Source of the DNA: Octopus bimaculoides
Lineage: Eukaryota
DNA: 64,000 bases
Direction of reading: 5' to 3'
NCBI RefSeq assembly: GCF_001194135.2
Contig: NC_068982.1
Location: forward strand, 114,000,414-114,064,413
Shown here: in pieces, positions 1-12,495 of the stretch
Numbering within the stretch: the first letter of the stretch is position 1
Layout of the letters: each line of letters starts with the position of its first letter
The notes under the pieces: generated by a model
Database searches by the model: none
Told to the model about the DNA's origin: nothing
What the model saw: only the letters and a program-made list of their open reading frames with translations
Translations under genes and position numbers: made by a program

Positions 1-3000
1 GAAAATTGGAGAGAAATAAGTAATTTTTAAAAATTACATGACAAGTAGGAAGTTCAGTGTGTGTGTGTGTGTAAGCTATAACTCTGTGAATTGAGTTTTG
101 CAGTAGAACTGAAAACAAAACTCTTAGACCAACTTGGTGATGAATTCAATAGCATAAATAATAATTCTAGAGAATATATGAGGATATATATTTCTGCTCT
201 TACATCATTTTCTCTTTTATGCTTGTATTCTCATCACATATCAATTGTAAACACAGGATGTTGTTCCCAATATATAAATAAAATATCATTATTCTATGTC
301 CATTTTCTATATCATCATTATATTGGCTTCAAGTTTTATCTATTTTCATGAAGGCCTTTCCAGATTTCTTTATTAATCCTTTACATTTGTTCTGGAAAAT
401 TAAAAACCCTCAATTCTTTGATAATTTTTTTTTCTATTATCCTCTTATCTTTCAGATGAAGTCCTTATTGTCATCATGTTATTGTCATTTTATAGCAGGT
501 AGAAATCATGGGAATGATACCATACTGATGTTGTTATATTTCTTGCTTTTTTAGTTTGCTTTTAGCAATCAGTTTTGTTTACCACAACAATGTGTTGAAT
601 GTTAATTTTGTCATCTTGTATATTGTTATTAATATAGCTTCCATAATTAATCTTCTATTCTAGTTTTTGTGTGAATTAACAAATGATATATATCTAGTTT
701 TTTTTTTTTTTTTTTTTTTGTGTAACCACAGATCAAATCCATGATCAAAGACAATTCATTCAAACTATGAGTACTTTATCCTATTTTTGGGAATAGTATA
801 TCTAGAACCATAATTATCAGTTTGTTCTTTGATTTTTGAAGACAGCACAATGTTATTTGTGGGAAATGTGACTACTGTTTCTAACAACCATCATAACACT
901 GTAATTGTGCAGTGTAGATCATTGCAACATTTCCCTGCTGTAAACATATTGCTAGCTAGGAATAAAACATTGGTCTTATATGACCAATGTAACAGTTAAA
1001 GTAATAAAATTTACATCTTCCCTCAACCATTTATGAATATCTTTCACCAATTTATGCAGGATATTAACAAATGCAACAAAAGCAAAAACAGAAAAAAAAG
1101 AATTATGCTTCTGGAACAAAGTTTCTTGCAATATTTGTAATACTACAACAAATTTTACTCTCACCTTCAAAAATGCTGTTAACAAATGATTGTTCCATAG
1201 TAAACTTGTAACCAGTGTCACTATTGTTCACTAATTGCAATATAAAATTGGGAAAAAATTAAATACTCATCTAAACTTGTTCCGTAAGAAGAGAAGCAAA
1301 TGTGAGATATGTCAAAGAATGTAGTTTTAGCACACATTTTTGAAGGTTTGGTATGAGTAGATTTTATATGTTGTTTTCTAACATCTGCATCATGATATAT
1401 CAAAATATTAATCAAATAAGAAATTAGTAGGTGTATAAACTTATTCATATAAAATATATCTGTTCTAGAATTGATAATTGTATTTCATTATCTCAACTAC
1501 CACTTATTTTTCCAAAGTTTCCATTGTGGAAAATTCCTTCCATAGCAGTATATATTTGCATTACTCACACATTTTTTCTTCTTGATTTTGATATTTCTTC
1601 TAAGATTAGAACTTTTGATATTTTTTTTCTATTTTGATTTTTAAAGACCATTCCATTTCTTCTTTGTAAATTTGTTTTGAAATGTAAATTTCTGAAACCA
1701 GTTTCTTCACAAAAGAGAAAAATCATACAGAAGTTTACAAAATTTGTATTAAAGTCTTCCTTTAAAAGTCTTGCTTAATACATAACATGTTGTACATGTA
1801 AAATAGTTCCTTGGAAACTGTCTGAATTTGTAGAATAATTCAGAATAGCAATAAAAACTACCCTAAAATGCTTCTATCATTTTTCTCATCTGACATGTGT
1901 CACATAATTACCTTTCACGAATCACAAACATTTCTGGAGCTGCTATTTACCTCCATTTCCCATTTGGTTTGTTCTACAAATGAAGCTAAATCTGGTCTTT
2001 TCAACAACTCTCATGCAATTCTATTAAAAAATATTAAAGATTCATCTTTGTATGTTATGTTATTCTTCAGCTGTTTGGACTGTTGACTTGTCTTTCATTT
2101 ATGATTTATGATGTTAAATACTTAGTTTTATTTAGCTGTTGTTATTTGTTTTCTGAATTTTTAAATTTCTCTATTGGAGGATGATGGATGACAGAATGGT
2201 AAAAGCATTAGACAAAATACTTAATGGTATTGGCTGTGGATTTTCACTATAGAAGTTTAAACTCTCCCATAAAGTAGTAAATTGGCAGCATTGTTAGAAC
2301 ATGCTTGTAGACATTTGTTCCATTTCTCTGCCCTCTAAGTTCAAATCCCATTGAGGTCAACTTTTCTCTTCATCAGTAAAGTGTCAGTGAGGATGCTTTG
2401 TGTTCTAAGTTCGAAATCCTGTTTAGACCACAATTATAGTGAAGTAACCACTTCTTGATAGACTAAGCAATTAAAAGTAGCATCAAACTCTAAATGGTTT
2501 GTATCCTTATGGAATAGGAACAAAGATCATATAGATCATGAGGTGACAACAATAGTAGCATGGTTGAATGACTTTGCTTCCATTCTTCTGACATTTATAA
2601 AAGTATACATGGTGAGATTGATGCATCATTCTCTATCCTAAACTCTCCAGACTTGTGCCTGTGTTAGAAACTAACATTTCATTGGAGGGTCATCCTTTCC
2701 TGGTTCTGTATTATTAGTTTTGCTTCATTTCTTTTCTCTAACATTTCATTCTTTTGGTCATGTTACTAAATATACAACTTTTACCATCCTGCCAAATATT
2801 TAGTCTAACCTCAATCTTTGCAAGTGAATCTAAATGGTTATTTAATCTTTTCATAACAGACAAGTCTACTTAGTGGGTAGATTTCTCAAATATCATTTGC
2901 TTATGGACAGGACTTACACCTTCAAACTATGTGCTTATATTCTCTTCTTCTCTATCGGTTTTAACTACTACACGTATTGCCGTAACTTATATATATATAT

Positions 3001-3124
3001 ATATATATTACACACCCATGTATACATTTATACATTTACATCATCTTCGTTATTTAGCGTCTGTTAAATGATAATGATGATGATGATACATATAAATGCA
3101 GGTGCCTGTTCTCAATCACACATA

Positions 3125-3148
3125 CATCATTATTATCATCATCATCAA

Positions 3149-3188
<40 letters not shown>

Positions 3189-3710
3189 GCTTAATGCCCA
3201 TTTTCCATACTGGCATGGGTTGGACGGTTTGACTGAGGACTGGCTCCAATCTGATCTGGCAAGGTTTCTACTGCTGGATGCTCTTCCTAACACCAACCAC
3301 TCTGAGAGTGTAGTGGGTGCTTTTTACGTGCTGCCAGCATGGGAGCTAGTTAGGTGGCATTGGCATTGACCTCATTTGGATGGAGCTTTTTACATGCCAC
3401 TGGCGTGGGGAGCCAGTCTAGCAGCACTGGCATCGACCCACACTTGAATGGTGCTTATTACATGTCACCAATATGGATACCAGTCAGGCAGCACTGGCAT
3501 TGGCAACAACTACGATTTTGATTTTGATTTTGATTTTGATTTCAATTTTATTTGACTGAATAGATCTTCTCAAGCACAGCATATTGTCTGATGATTCAAG
3601 GGTACGTTTAAATGGGCTGGTTATGCGACACTGGTATCGGCTCTGCCTGCAATCTCACTTCGCTTGCAGGGTCAGCGGCCACGATTTTGATTTCACTTGA
3701 CTCAACAGTT
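3125..3710 (-). mobile_element. Retroposon/SINE-like repeat with (ATG)n 3' tail
   Basis: (CAT)n at 3125-3188 is followed by cgcttaatgcccattttccatactggcatgggttggacgg...ctggatgctcttcctaacaccaaccac. This is homologous to the copy at 25961-26152. It contains internal ggcagcactggc sub-repeats and (GATTTT)n. Confidence 0.75.
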
Positions 3711-4140
3711 CCATCATTAAAAAGTTCAGTATCTTCCAATTTTTTAAGAACTTTCTGTTTTCTTCCTTTATTACTTTATGTGTAGATTTTCTATCAATGA
3801 ATAAGTAAAGTCTGGTTAAACATCAACTAGAGTTCCCTGAAACAGCCAAATCCAAATGGAAAAATTTTGCTTTATTCAAATTTTCAAGTTTTCACCAAAC
3901 TCCCTGACATTGCTTCTCCCTGTTTACTTTTTTTTTTTTCTCTACCTACCTCTCTTTCAATTTTAAGATATCACTCCTTAGCGAAGAACAATCCAAACAA
4001 AAATACTCCCATTCTCTCAACAAAGCAATATATTACTTGTTAAAATAAGCCTGGGAATACAACCTTTCCTGGAATAGTTCCCAGTCAAGCATGATGCTAA
4101 AGCTAAGAGCATCAATCTAATGATATACTGATTTCAAATT

Positions 4141-4325
4141 TTTGCACGAGGCCAGCAACTTCAGGGGAGAGAGTAAAACCCCATTGTTCAACTGATACTT
4201 ATTTTATCAACCCCAAATGGATGAAAGTCAACCTTGGTGGAATTTGAACTCAGAACACAAAGATGGATGAAATGCTGCTAAGCACTTCGTCCAGCATGCT
4301 AACAATTCTGTCAGCTTGCCTCCTT
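4141..4325 (-). mobile_element. tRNA-derived SINE (ggcggcgagctggcagaa-headed family), decayed
   Basis: The reverse complement matches the head, the gttctgagttcaaattcc B-box region and the cttgtgc tail of the copies at 49615 and 59494. Confidence 0.75.
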
Positions 4326-4839
4326 AATATAAAAATTATATTAACAATAAATTTTCTGGGTATAAATTGATCTTTGAAAGGTTTAGTAATGTGTTGTGAT
4401 TTGATGCTTGAAATCATTGGTAAGCTTAGGAAACTCTAATAATTAGTGTTGCCATGAAACTGAAGACATTATTGATTTGTGAACACCTAATAGTTTTGGC
4501 GTGTGGTGGGGAAAGGAGTTGCTGTTAATGTACTTGATTCCTCTAATAAAATGGATTTTACTAACTCTTCATCACCCCATCAATTCATTGTCCATACCCT
4601 CGCCTATGCTCATTCTCTTGCCAGTTCACTCTGCCATCCCATCACTACCATCTTTATCTTCTCCCCACCAAGCCCCATCCATTCTTATATAATGTTGGGA
4701 CCCATGTATCTCCTTTATAGCAAGACACCTACACTTATCCTTCTATCAAACTTTAGCCTTTCAACCTCTGACATAAAACCATCTTCCCTACTCCATCTCA
4801 AATACTTCCCCCACTTAGCTGAGTTGGCTTTTTCATGCT

Positions 4840-5042
4840 CTTTTCCTGACTTGTAAGTTTCTCAGGAACCTCACTAGCAGTAGAGGTCTGAAAAAGATAC
4901 TCCCAGAACACACTGTAAAGTGGTTGACATCAGGAAGAGCTTCCAGCCATAGGAAACTATGCTGAAGCTGACATTAGAGTTTGATGCAACCTTGCAGCTT
5001 GACAGATCCTGTCAAACCACCCAACCTGTGCCAGTATGGATA
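4840..5042 (+). mobile_element. Decayed copy of the (ATG)n-tail family 3' block
   Basis: gtaaagtggttgacatcaggaagagcttccagcc...gtcaaaccacccaacctgtgccagtatgga resembles the reverse complement of 3190-3320. Confidence 0.55.
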
Positions 5043-6769
5043 AGCAAGGGGTCGGGTCATTCCAAGAACAGGTAATTCAGAGATGGAATAATTTATCAAA
5101 TTAGAAAGAATAAAAATATAAGTTGTAAAGAGGGGAAGCAAGAGTTAAGTAAGTGTAAATATATTGAATGTAGGGAGAATTAAATGGCTTTCTTGATGTA
5201 AGAGATAACTTGGAAATAAACTTGGAAATTTGACACTAGATTTAGCCAGCTGCAATGAAAACAGGGAGTGGAATGTTGTTTTACTTCTTTTTCAAATATT
5301 TTGAATATTAGTACAAGGGGAGGGGGTGGATGTAATAGAAGAAAAATATTTTGATTTTCAAAGTTGGATGTTTTGGTAAATTAAGACATGAATGGAGTAT
5401 CAGTAATGATAAGAATATACATCATGATGATGCAGTTACTAGCAATAGAAGAAGGGAAGAAAAAGAATGAATTTGGTCAATGGAAATTTTGTGGAATCCT
5501 GTTGTGTGTGTGTGCATGTCTGTCTGTCTGCTTAATAATCCTATATTGGTAAGCTTACATCTTCATAATTTAGCAGTTCAGTGAAAGAGAACTGACATTA
5601 CAAGTACCAAACTTTAGAATATATATTGGGATCAATTTGATCAGCAAAACCCAGTATGGCCACAATCCATTGACTGGAATCAGCAACAAAGATAAGAATA
5701 AGTTACTTATAGCTAAAGAAATTATTTCTGGAGTTGTTGCTGTACTTTAGCTAAAGTTCTGACTTATTCTCCACTGTCTCAACTTACATTTTAATCAATC
5801 TAAATTTTAGAATTTTCTCCTTTGCCTCCTTTTAGTCTTTTCACATCTTTGTGTTTGAATTTTTTAAAATTAATTTAAAATTCCTGTATGTAGATGAACT
5901 TTCTTTTCTTATAACAAAATAAGTTGGACAAGCTTTGAAGAAAACAGTTTGATTCAAGAGGTGTGAAGAACAGAATGCTAGAGATAGAATATTGAGTTTT
6001 CATAAATATTTTGATGTTATTTACATGACTGATCTGCCAGAGAGTTTTTATGTTTGATCTATCAGCAAACTAGGTACATACGGGCTAACAGAATTATCAA
6101 TTTGAGAAGCTAAATTTTCAAAGATTAGATGATTTGTTACACAGGTTGATAAATAAATGAATATTTTCAGTACTTCAAATGGTTCAGTCTAACTGATAAT
6201 ATTAGTTTTATATTATCAAAATCATTTTTGTATTCACTTTTCCATGCCAGACTGGACCTTTTTAAGGCAATGTCTTATAGCTGAATGACCTTAGAACACA
6301 CATTTTTTAGCATCATTAGTTCTATAATGTATTTTTAGTAGATTTTGAAATAATTCATACTTGATAGTAAGTCATTTTTAGCCCTTTAGCATTCAGATCA
6401 CTCTGTTAAATGTAATGCTTATTTAAGCACATTCCTTTGAACTAATCATGCTTTATCTTGTAGCTTCAAGATGTCAATGATGTGATTCTTTCTTTTAACA
6501 GTGACATTGTAGTATAGGTGTAAGATGCTGGATGTGACTGGTTTGAACACAAAACAGCAAGAATATTTGGACCAGATTTAGCCAGTTTAAATACTAAAGG
6601 GTTAATATTTGAACATGGAAAATTTTGTAAAGCATAATATATTCTTTGCTCATTTTTATTCCCAGCTTTTCTTGAGACAATATTATAAAATGGCACAATG
6701 CATGCTGTTTCACCTATGAAAATATTTCGTATTTAATGTATTAATAACAGAAATTGTTTGATTCAAAGG

Positions 6770-6801
6770 TTTCATATTGTTTTTCTTTTCTCTTTTGTAG
6801 G
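6770..6801 (+). promoter_or_regulatory. 3' splice acceptor immediately upstream of the innexin ATG
   Basis: ttgtttttcttttctcttttgtAG|G ATG: a long pyrimidine tract with AG at 6799-6800 and one exonic base before the ATG. Confidence 0.8.
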
Positions 6802-8007
6802 ATGGACAGCATTATCGGATCAGTTGGTCGGTTAGGCAAAGTAAAAGTACGAAATGATGATGACTTGATTGACCGCATGAATCACCTGTATACTACGGGA
6901 ATTTTAATAATATTTACAGTAGTGGTCAGTGCAAGACAGTATGTTGGTGATCCAATCCGATGTTGGTGCCCAGCCCAGTTTACATCAGCGCATGTTGAGT
7001 ATACCAATAATGTGTGCTGGATTTCAAACACTTATTATGTTGATATGCAGGATCAGATTCCGGTGGCACACAATAAACGCAAAGAAAAGGAACTAGGCTA
7101 CTACCAGTGGGTTCCAGTTGTCTTATTACTGCAGGCTCTTTTATTTTATCTTCCATGCATTATATGGCGCCTGTTAAATGGACAATCTGGGATCAATGTA
7201 GATCGCATTGTGAGTGTTGCCAGTGATGCTCAATATGAAAGTCCAGAAAACCGAACCCGTAACATAAAATATGTTGTAAGACATATGGACAGATGTCTGG
7301 ACAACCAAAGAGAAACACGACATTCATGTTGTGTTAGACTGCGACACATTCTTTCAGCAAACCTTTCTTTATTATGTGGTCGTCGTTATGGCAACTATCT
7401 TGTGGCTGTGTATTTTTTAGTGAAGATATTCTACATTGCTAATGTAATTGGCCAACTCTTCCTGTTAGACTCATTCCTTGGGTCAGGCTACCGTATTTAC
7501 GGTTGGCAAGTTCTTGAGGACCTAGTTGAGGGAAATGACTGGACAGCTTCCCGTCGTTTCCCACGTGTAACATTATGTGACTTTGAGATTCGTCAGCTTC
7601 CAAATTTGAATCGCTACACCGTCCAATGCGTGCTTCCAATAAATCTTTTCAATGAGAAAATATATATATTCCTCTGGTTCTGGCTAGTCTTTGTATCCAT
7701 GCTTTCTTGCTACAGTTTTGCTACATGGATTTTTCACATGATTTTTCCAACCACTCGTATACAATATGTGCGGAAATTTCTCAAAATCATGGATCGAATA
7801 GGCTCAACACCAGATAAAAAGTTAGCTAATCGCTTCACAGTTGAGTACTTACGGCATGATGGTGTGTTTACATTACGGTTAATAGGTAAAAATTCTAGTG
7901 ACATTGTTGTTGCTGAAATTGTTTCTGGACTCTGGGATATGTACCGAAGTAAAAAATCAATACAAATACGAAGCAATGGACATGATACAGAAGGTGAAGA
8001 TGTATAG
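6802..8007 (+). CDS. inx: Innexin (invertebrate gap-junction channel subunit, UNC-9/UNC-7-like), 401 aa, CDS within a single exon
   Basis: The ORF carries innexin signatures: DDDLIDRMNH before TM1, EL1 cysteines RCWCP and VCWISNTY, YYQWV at TM2, EL2 FPRVTLCDF and YTVQCVLPINLFNEKIYIFLWFW, and four hydrophobic segments. The track ORF begins at a TTG (6754) inside a polypyrimidine tract; the first ATG is at 6802. The symbol is family-level only; the paralogue is not assigned. Confidence 0.97.
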   Translation: MDSIIGSVGRLGKVKVRNDDDLIDRMNHLYTTGILIIFTVVVSARQYVGDPIRCWCPAQFTSAHVEYTNNVCWISNTYYVDMQDQIPVAHNKRKEKELGYYQWVPVVLLLQALLFYLPCIIWRLLNGQSGINVDRIVSVASDAQYESPENRTRNIKYVVRHMDRCLDNQRETRHSCCVRLRHILSANLSLLCGRRYGNYLVAVYFLVKIFYIANVIGQLFLLDSFLGSGYRIYGWQVLEDLVEGNDWTASRRFPRVTLCDFEIRQLPNLNRYTVQCVLPINLFNEKIYIFLWFWLVFVSMLSCYSFATWIFHMIFPTTRIQYVRKFLKIMDRIGSTPDKKLANRFTVEYLRHDGVFTLRLIGKNSSDIVVAEIVSGLWDMYRSKKSIQIRSNGHDTEGEDV

Positions 8008-8530
8008 CAGTACTTCATAGATTAGATAAAATATCATAGGAATATATATTATACATAGGCTCATTTTTCCACTTTGAAATATATTTGTATAATATTACAT
8101 TTTTCTGTATGCAAGTGTGCGTGTGTGTAAATATTTGAAAGAATATGCATCCATAACTATCTGGAGAAGAAACCATTTACAGAAAGCATTGTGATTATAA
8201 AATGTTGACTTGAAATGAAATCAAAATGAACCTGGGAAATGAGAGAGAAAAGAATAAAAGAAAAAAATTGCCAAAATTTTATGCAGTTGGAAAAAAAAAA
8301 TCCAACATTGCCTTTAAACATTCTTCCATTGTTAATGAATTTCAAACTCTCAGGTCAGTGTGCCTCAAGGTATATTTAGTAACCGTTGTCTTTTTACATT
8401 ATCATCTAAAATGATGGCTGAAACCAAGTCTGTTGGGTTAAAGGCAGTTAGAAATATTTCACATACATTCTGAAGACATCAAATAAGGAAAAGAAAAATC
8501 TCAAAATTTCAAAATAACAAAACAGAAGTA

Positions 8531-8536
8531 AATAAA
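8531..8536 (+). terminator. Candidate polyadenylation signal for innexin (alternative at 8253-8258)
   Basis: AATAAA about 520 nt after the stop, with a TG-rich tract near 8617-8670. The motif is common in AT-rich DNA, so support is weak. Confidence 0.2.
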
Positions 8537-10477
8537 AATTAAAAAAAAATATATATTAAGATAAGTCTAATTTTTTTCTCATGGGTATTTGTATTCTATG
8601 AATACAAATACACTCTGTGTGTGTATGTATGTGTGTATGCATGTGTGTATGCATGTGTATTTATATGTTTGTAAAAGAAAATTGGTTTACTACTTGCAAT
8701 TGAAAAAAAATATGACTTTTTATTGGTTATATTTTGTGAATGTTTTCTAAGATGATTAATTGATTAGTTGACTGATTGGCTTGACAATAGGTTGTGTAGC
8801 TGTAATCTAAGCATTCCTTAACATCCAGGATCTCTCTTTGACTCATAAATTACTCTGAAATATATAAATCTCTACTTAGAATCATAGAAGAGGAACAGTG
8901 CCACAGTGTAAGTAGTATGGGTAGCAGTTGCCAAAATGTAAAGTAGTTGGGGGAAAAGAAATTATTTACATCATGATAAAAGAAAGAATCTTTATAAAAA
9001 AAAAAAAAAAAATTAAAAGCATCTATGAAAGCCAAAAAGAAACCCTTTAGAATCAACATTTTAATGTAATCTTGTAATTAATTAATAATTAACCTTTGTT
9101 ACATAACAAAAATGAGAATAAGTAGGTAAAGTAGAGAAATTGTTATTTTGATATAATTTAGTGCAAGTCAGGCTATGTAGGTATAAAGAACAGTATGAAG
9201 TTGAAACAATGTGTTTTCTTTCATGTGGCGAACATTTAACAGAATGAAAATGTATCTGAAGGGGTTGCCACCTTCTTGAGAAATCCTTTCTGTCAATGCA
9301 GCACAATTCAACCATGACTGCAGAGAACCAGTCAGTTTACCGACAGATAGGCATATTCAAACTCAAAGAATGCCAATATGTACTGTATGATTTCTGTTAA
9401 TCAAATTGGGAATTGTTAAGGGTCATAAGAGATATAACCTGAAAAAATATTCATATTTACATTAGAATCAGTCAACATCTCCCAACATTAATTGTTCATC
9501 ACATCAAAAAGACTAGCATTGCTTTCTCTAGCTTCACTTCCTTCTTTATGCACAAAACTATTTCGTTTTCACCCCGTCACATCCTTATAAATTGATACAC
9601 TTAAAAATTAGATTCCTTTTTCTTTTGAAGTTTTATGAATTCCTAAACGAATTTTGTTGTATGGAACGACTAGATGGTTTTTCTTTGTTTTTTTTTTATC
9701 TACAAAAATGTTTAACTACTTTTGTACTCTTTTCAATGTAAATCAACTTCTATTTTTTGACTGTACCCTTACAAATCTAGCTTAGACCTATTTTCTCAAC
9801 AGATATTCATGACTTAACCATAGCAGCTTCAATTATTTTCTGTGTCTCTCTCAGACAAATAAAACTGAAGTCAGCGCCTTAACCCAATCCTATAAACATA
9901 AAAGACTTGTGGTGCTCAAATACTACTCAATGTTTGTGGAGGACATCTGTATATGCATGAGTGAGTGTATCAATGCAAGACATAAATGAATGAATGTGTG
10001 CTTTACAGGCCTGGTTCTTACACAGTCATTCAGTTTTGTATATGATGATACTATTAACAAATTTAAGCCTTCAGTTGGTATACAACTGTAACTTTCATGG
10101 TTGTGGTATTTTTATCTATAAGGAGAGGCAACCTAACTGTTTTACAAAGAATGAAAGATTTTATGATGTTTGTCCATTTTTCATGTATATTTGTGATTCC
10201 TTTTTTGTTCTTTTTATTTATTTTCTTTGTTTGTTTTTTTTCATTTGTATTATAGAAAAACATAAATCTGTCATTTCATCTATGTCTGCATGTGTGTGCA
10301 GTGATATTTCAGACCAAATTATTTAATACATACTATGATATTTATATGATGTAATAATTTATATAATAAGAATGGGAGAAAATCTGTGTAAGCAAGCATT
10401 TCAGATACTTGTGGGCTGTGCAAATGATTGACATTTGTGACCTTGTACATATATACATGCTGAGATAAATATAAAAC

Positions 10478-10587
<110 letters not shown>

Positions 10588-10698
10588 GAGAGAGAAAGGT
10601 GAATGTGTTTGTGGGTTTGTATGTGTTTGTAAAGGAACAAAGATATCTGTTCTATGTGATATTGCTGCCACTGCAGAATGCAGGCTGATACAAGTACA

Positions 10699-10742
<44 letters not shown>

Positions 10743-10863
10743 TGAATTATTAATAATCCATTCTATATACTTCCACCATAATAAAGAATCCTATATTTCA
10801 GCATGAAATACAATATGAACACATAGACACAGTATCTATCTTATATACATATATATATATGCA

Positions 10864-10898
<35 letters not shown>

Positions 10899-11339
10899 CT
10901 GCATGTTGGAAAGAGATTTTAATTGTACATGCATGTTTCTTTATATGTTTATACCAATGGCCTAGTATTTGCAAGATATAATAAAATCTCATGACTAAGA
11001 GACTGGTCTTTTGTTGCATGTTGCTAGTTTATTGAATAATGCTGCCTATTTCTTCTTCTTTCCAGTGCAAATATCTTTTATGGACCAGACAGAAAAAAAA
11101 AAATGCACGTAAATTATTTAGTTGATCTCATTTATACACTTCAAACCAAATGTAAATATACGACAGGAATTATGCAACCCATGTCAAAAGTATTTGCATT
11201 TACAATTTACACATACTAGATCTCTGCATTGGTGCTATTTCTTTAGGAAGTGATAATAAATATACTTGTACAACATATCAAACTAAATTCTTGGTATACA
11301 CTACAGCACTGACACATGTCTTACATATATAGCTACACA

Positions 11340-12014
11340 CACACATATACATATATATGTATATATATATATGTATATGTATATGTATATATATGTATAT
11401 ATATACATGTATATATATATGTATGTATATATATATATATGTGTGTGTATATGTATATATATGTATATATATATGTATACATATATGTATATATATNNNN
11501 NNNNNNNNNNNNNNNNNNNNNNNNNNNNNNNNNNNNNNNNNNNNNNNNNNNNNNNNNNNNNNNNNNNNNNNNNNNNNNNNNNNNNNNNNNNNNNNNNNNN
11601 NNNNNNNNNNNNNNNNNNNNNNNNNNNNNNNNNNNNNNNNNNNNNNNNNNNNNNNNNNNNNNNNNNNNNNNNNNNNNNNNNNNNNNNNNNNNNNNNNNNN
11701 NNNNNNNNNNNNNNNNNNNNNNNNNNNNNNNNNNNNNNNNNNNNNNNNNNNNNNNNNNNNNNNNNNNNNNNNNNNNNNNNNNNNNNNNNNNNNNNNNNNN
11801 NNNNNNNNNNNNNNNNNNNNNNNNNNNNNNNNNNNNNNNNNNNNNNNNNNNNNNNNNNNNNNNNNNNNNNNNNNNNNNNNNNNNNNNNNNNNNNNNNNNN
11901 NNNNNNNNNNNNNNNNNNNNNNNNNNNNNNNNNNNNNNNNNNNNNNNNNNNNNNNNNNNNNNNNNNNNNNNNNNNNNNNNNNNNNNNNNNNNNNNNNNNN
12001 NNNNNNNNNNNNNN
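11340..12014. other. TA/TG-rich microsatellite plus assembly gap (N 11497-12014)
   Basis: Direct reading. Other gaps lie at about 12857-13121, 24462-25211, 26808-26838, 28527-28540, 33623-33632 and 41087-41181; nearly all are flanked by simple repeats. Confidence 0.95.
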
Positions 12015-12030
12015 TACATATATGTCTGTG

Positions 12031-12231
12031 CACACGTTTGAATGTGGTGTGTGCCAGAGGGTTTGCAAATCCAATGGGGGTCTTAAAAGACATGTTAGGA
12101 TCCACAATGAGCAGAACTTACTTGCAGGTATTGGTAGTGCAAATCAGAGGTGCAATCTGTGTGGGTGTTTTTTCAAAACACTGTCTGGTTTAAAAAGCCA
12201 CATCAGACGCCATGAAAGGGCTAAGGTGTAG
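12031..12231 (+). other. Two intact C2H2 zinc-finger motifs ending in a stop; probable LINE ORF 3' end or terminal exon
   Basis: CGVC-x12-HVRIH (12043-12105) and CNLC-x12-HIRRH (12151-12213), with a 15-aa non-TGEKP linker, TAG at 12229-12231, a short tail and then (TA)n. Confidence 0.6.
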
Positions 12232-12273
12232 GTGCAGGAGGTGGTCAAACTCTGTTTAAGGAGTAGACAACCA

Positions 12274-12309
<36 letters not shown>

Positions 12310-12364
12310 CTTTTGTTGTGTCTTGGGAGAGTCATTATTCCACGGTAGCATGAAATATGTATAT

Positions 12365-12495
12365 GTGTGGTTAAGGAACTCACTTCACATCCACATGCTT
12401 TCAGGTTCAGTCTCAGGACATGACATCTTATGGAATTGTTCACTATTATAGTCTCAGGCTGTGCAACGCCTTGAGAGTGAATTTGGTAGATGGTT
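12365..12495 (+). mobile_element. Decayed SINE (gtggttaag head; ctatagcctc...gagtggatttggtagacgg family)
   Basis: Similar to the better-preserved fragment at 41208-41295. Confidence 0.55.

Noticed and set aside
976-1700. Adjacent minus-strand ORFs (81 aa, 75 aa) with hydrophobic stretches
   Set aside because: No recognisable motif, stops between them and no convincing splice sites; consistent with chance in AT-rich DNA or an unidentifiable old TE.
6699-6704. TGCATG (RBFOX motif) near the innexin acceptor
   Set aside because: A single hexamer, and TGCATG is frequent in this CpG-decayed DNA.
6751-6768. Possible 18-nt micro-exon (AG...GT) upstream of innexin
   Set aside because: It would leave a 32-nt intron, which is implausibly short.
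6754-6801. 16-aa N-terminal extension of innexin in the ORF track (MFDSKVSYCFSFLFCR)
   Set aside because: It starts at TTG and translates the polypyrimidine tract and splice acceptor, so it is intronic.
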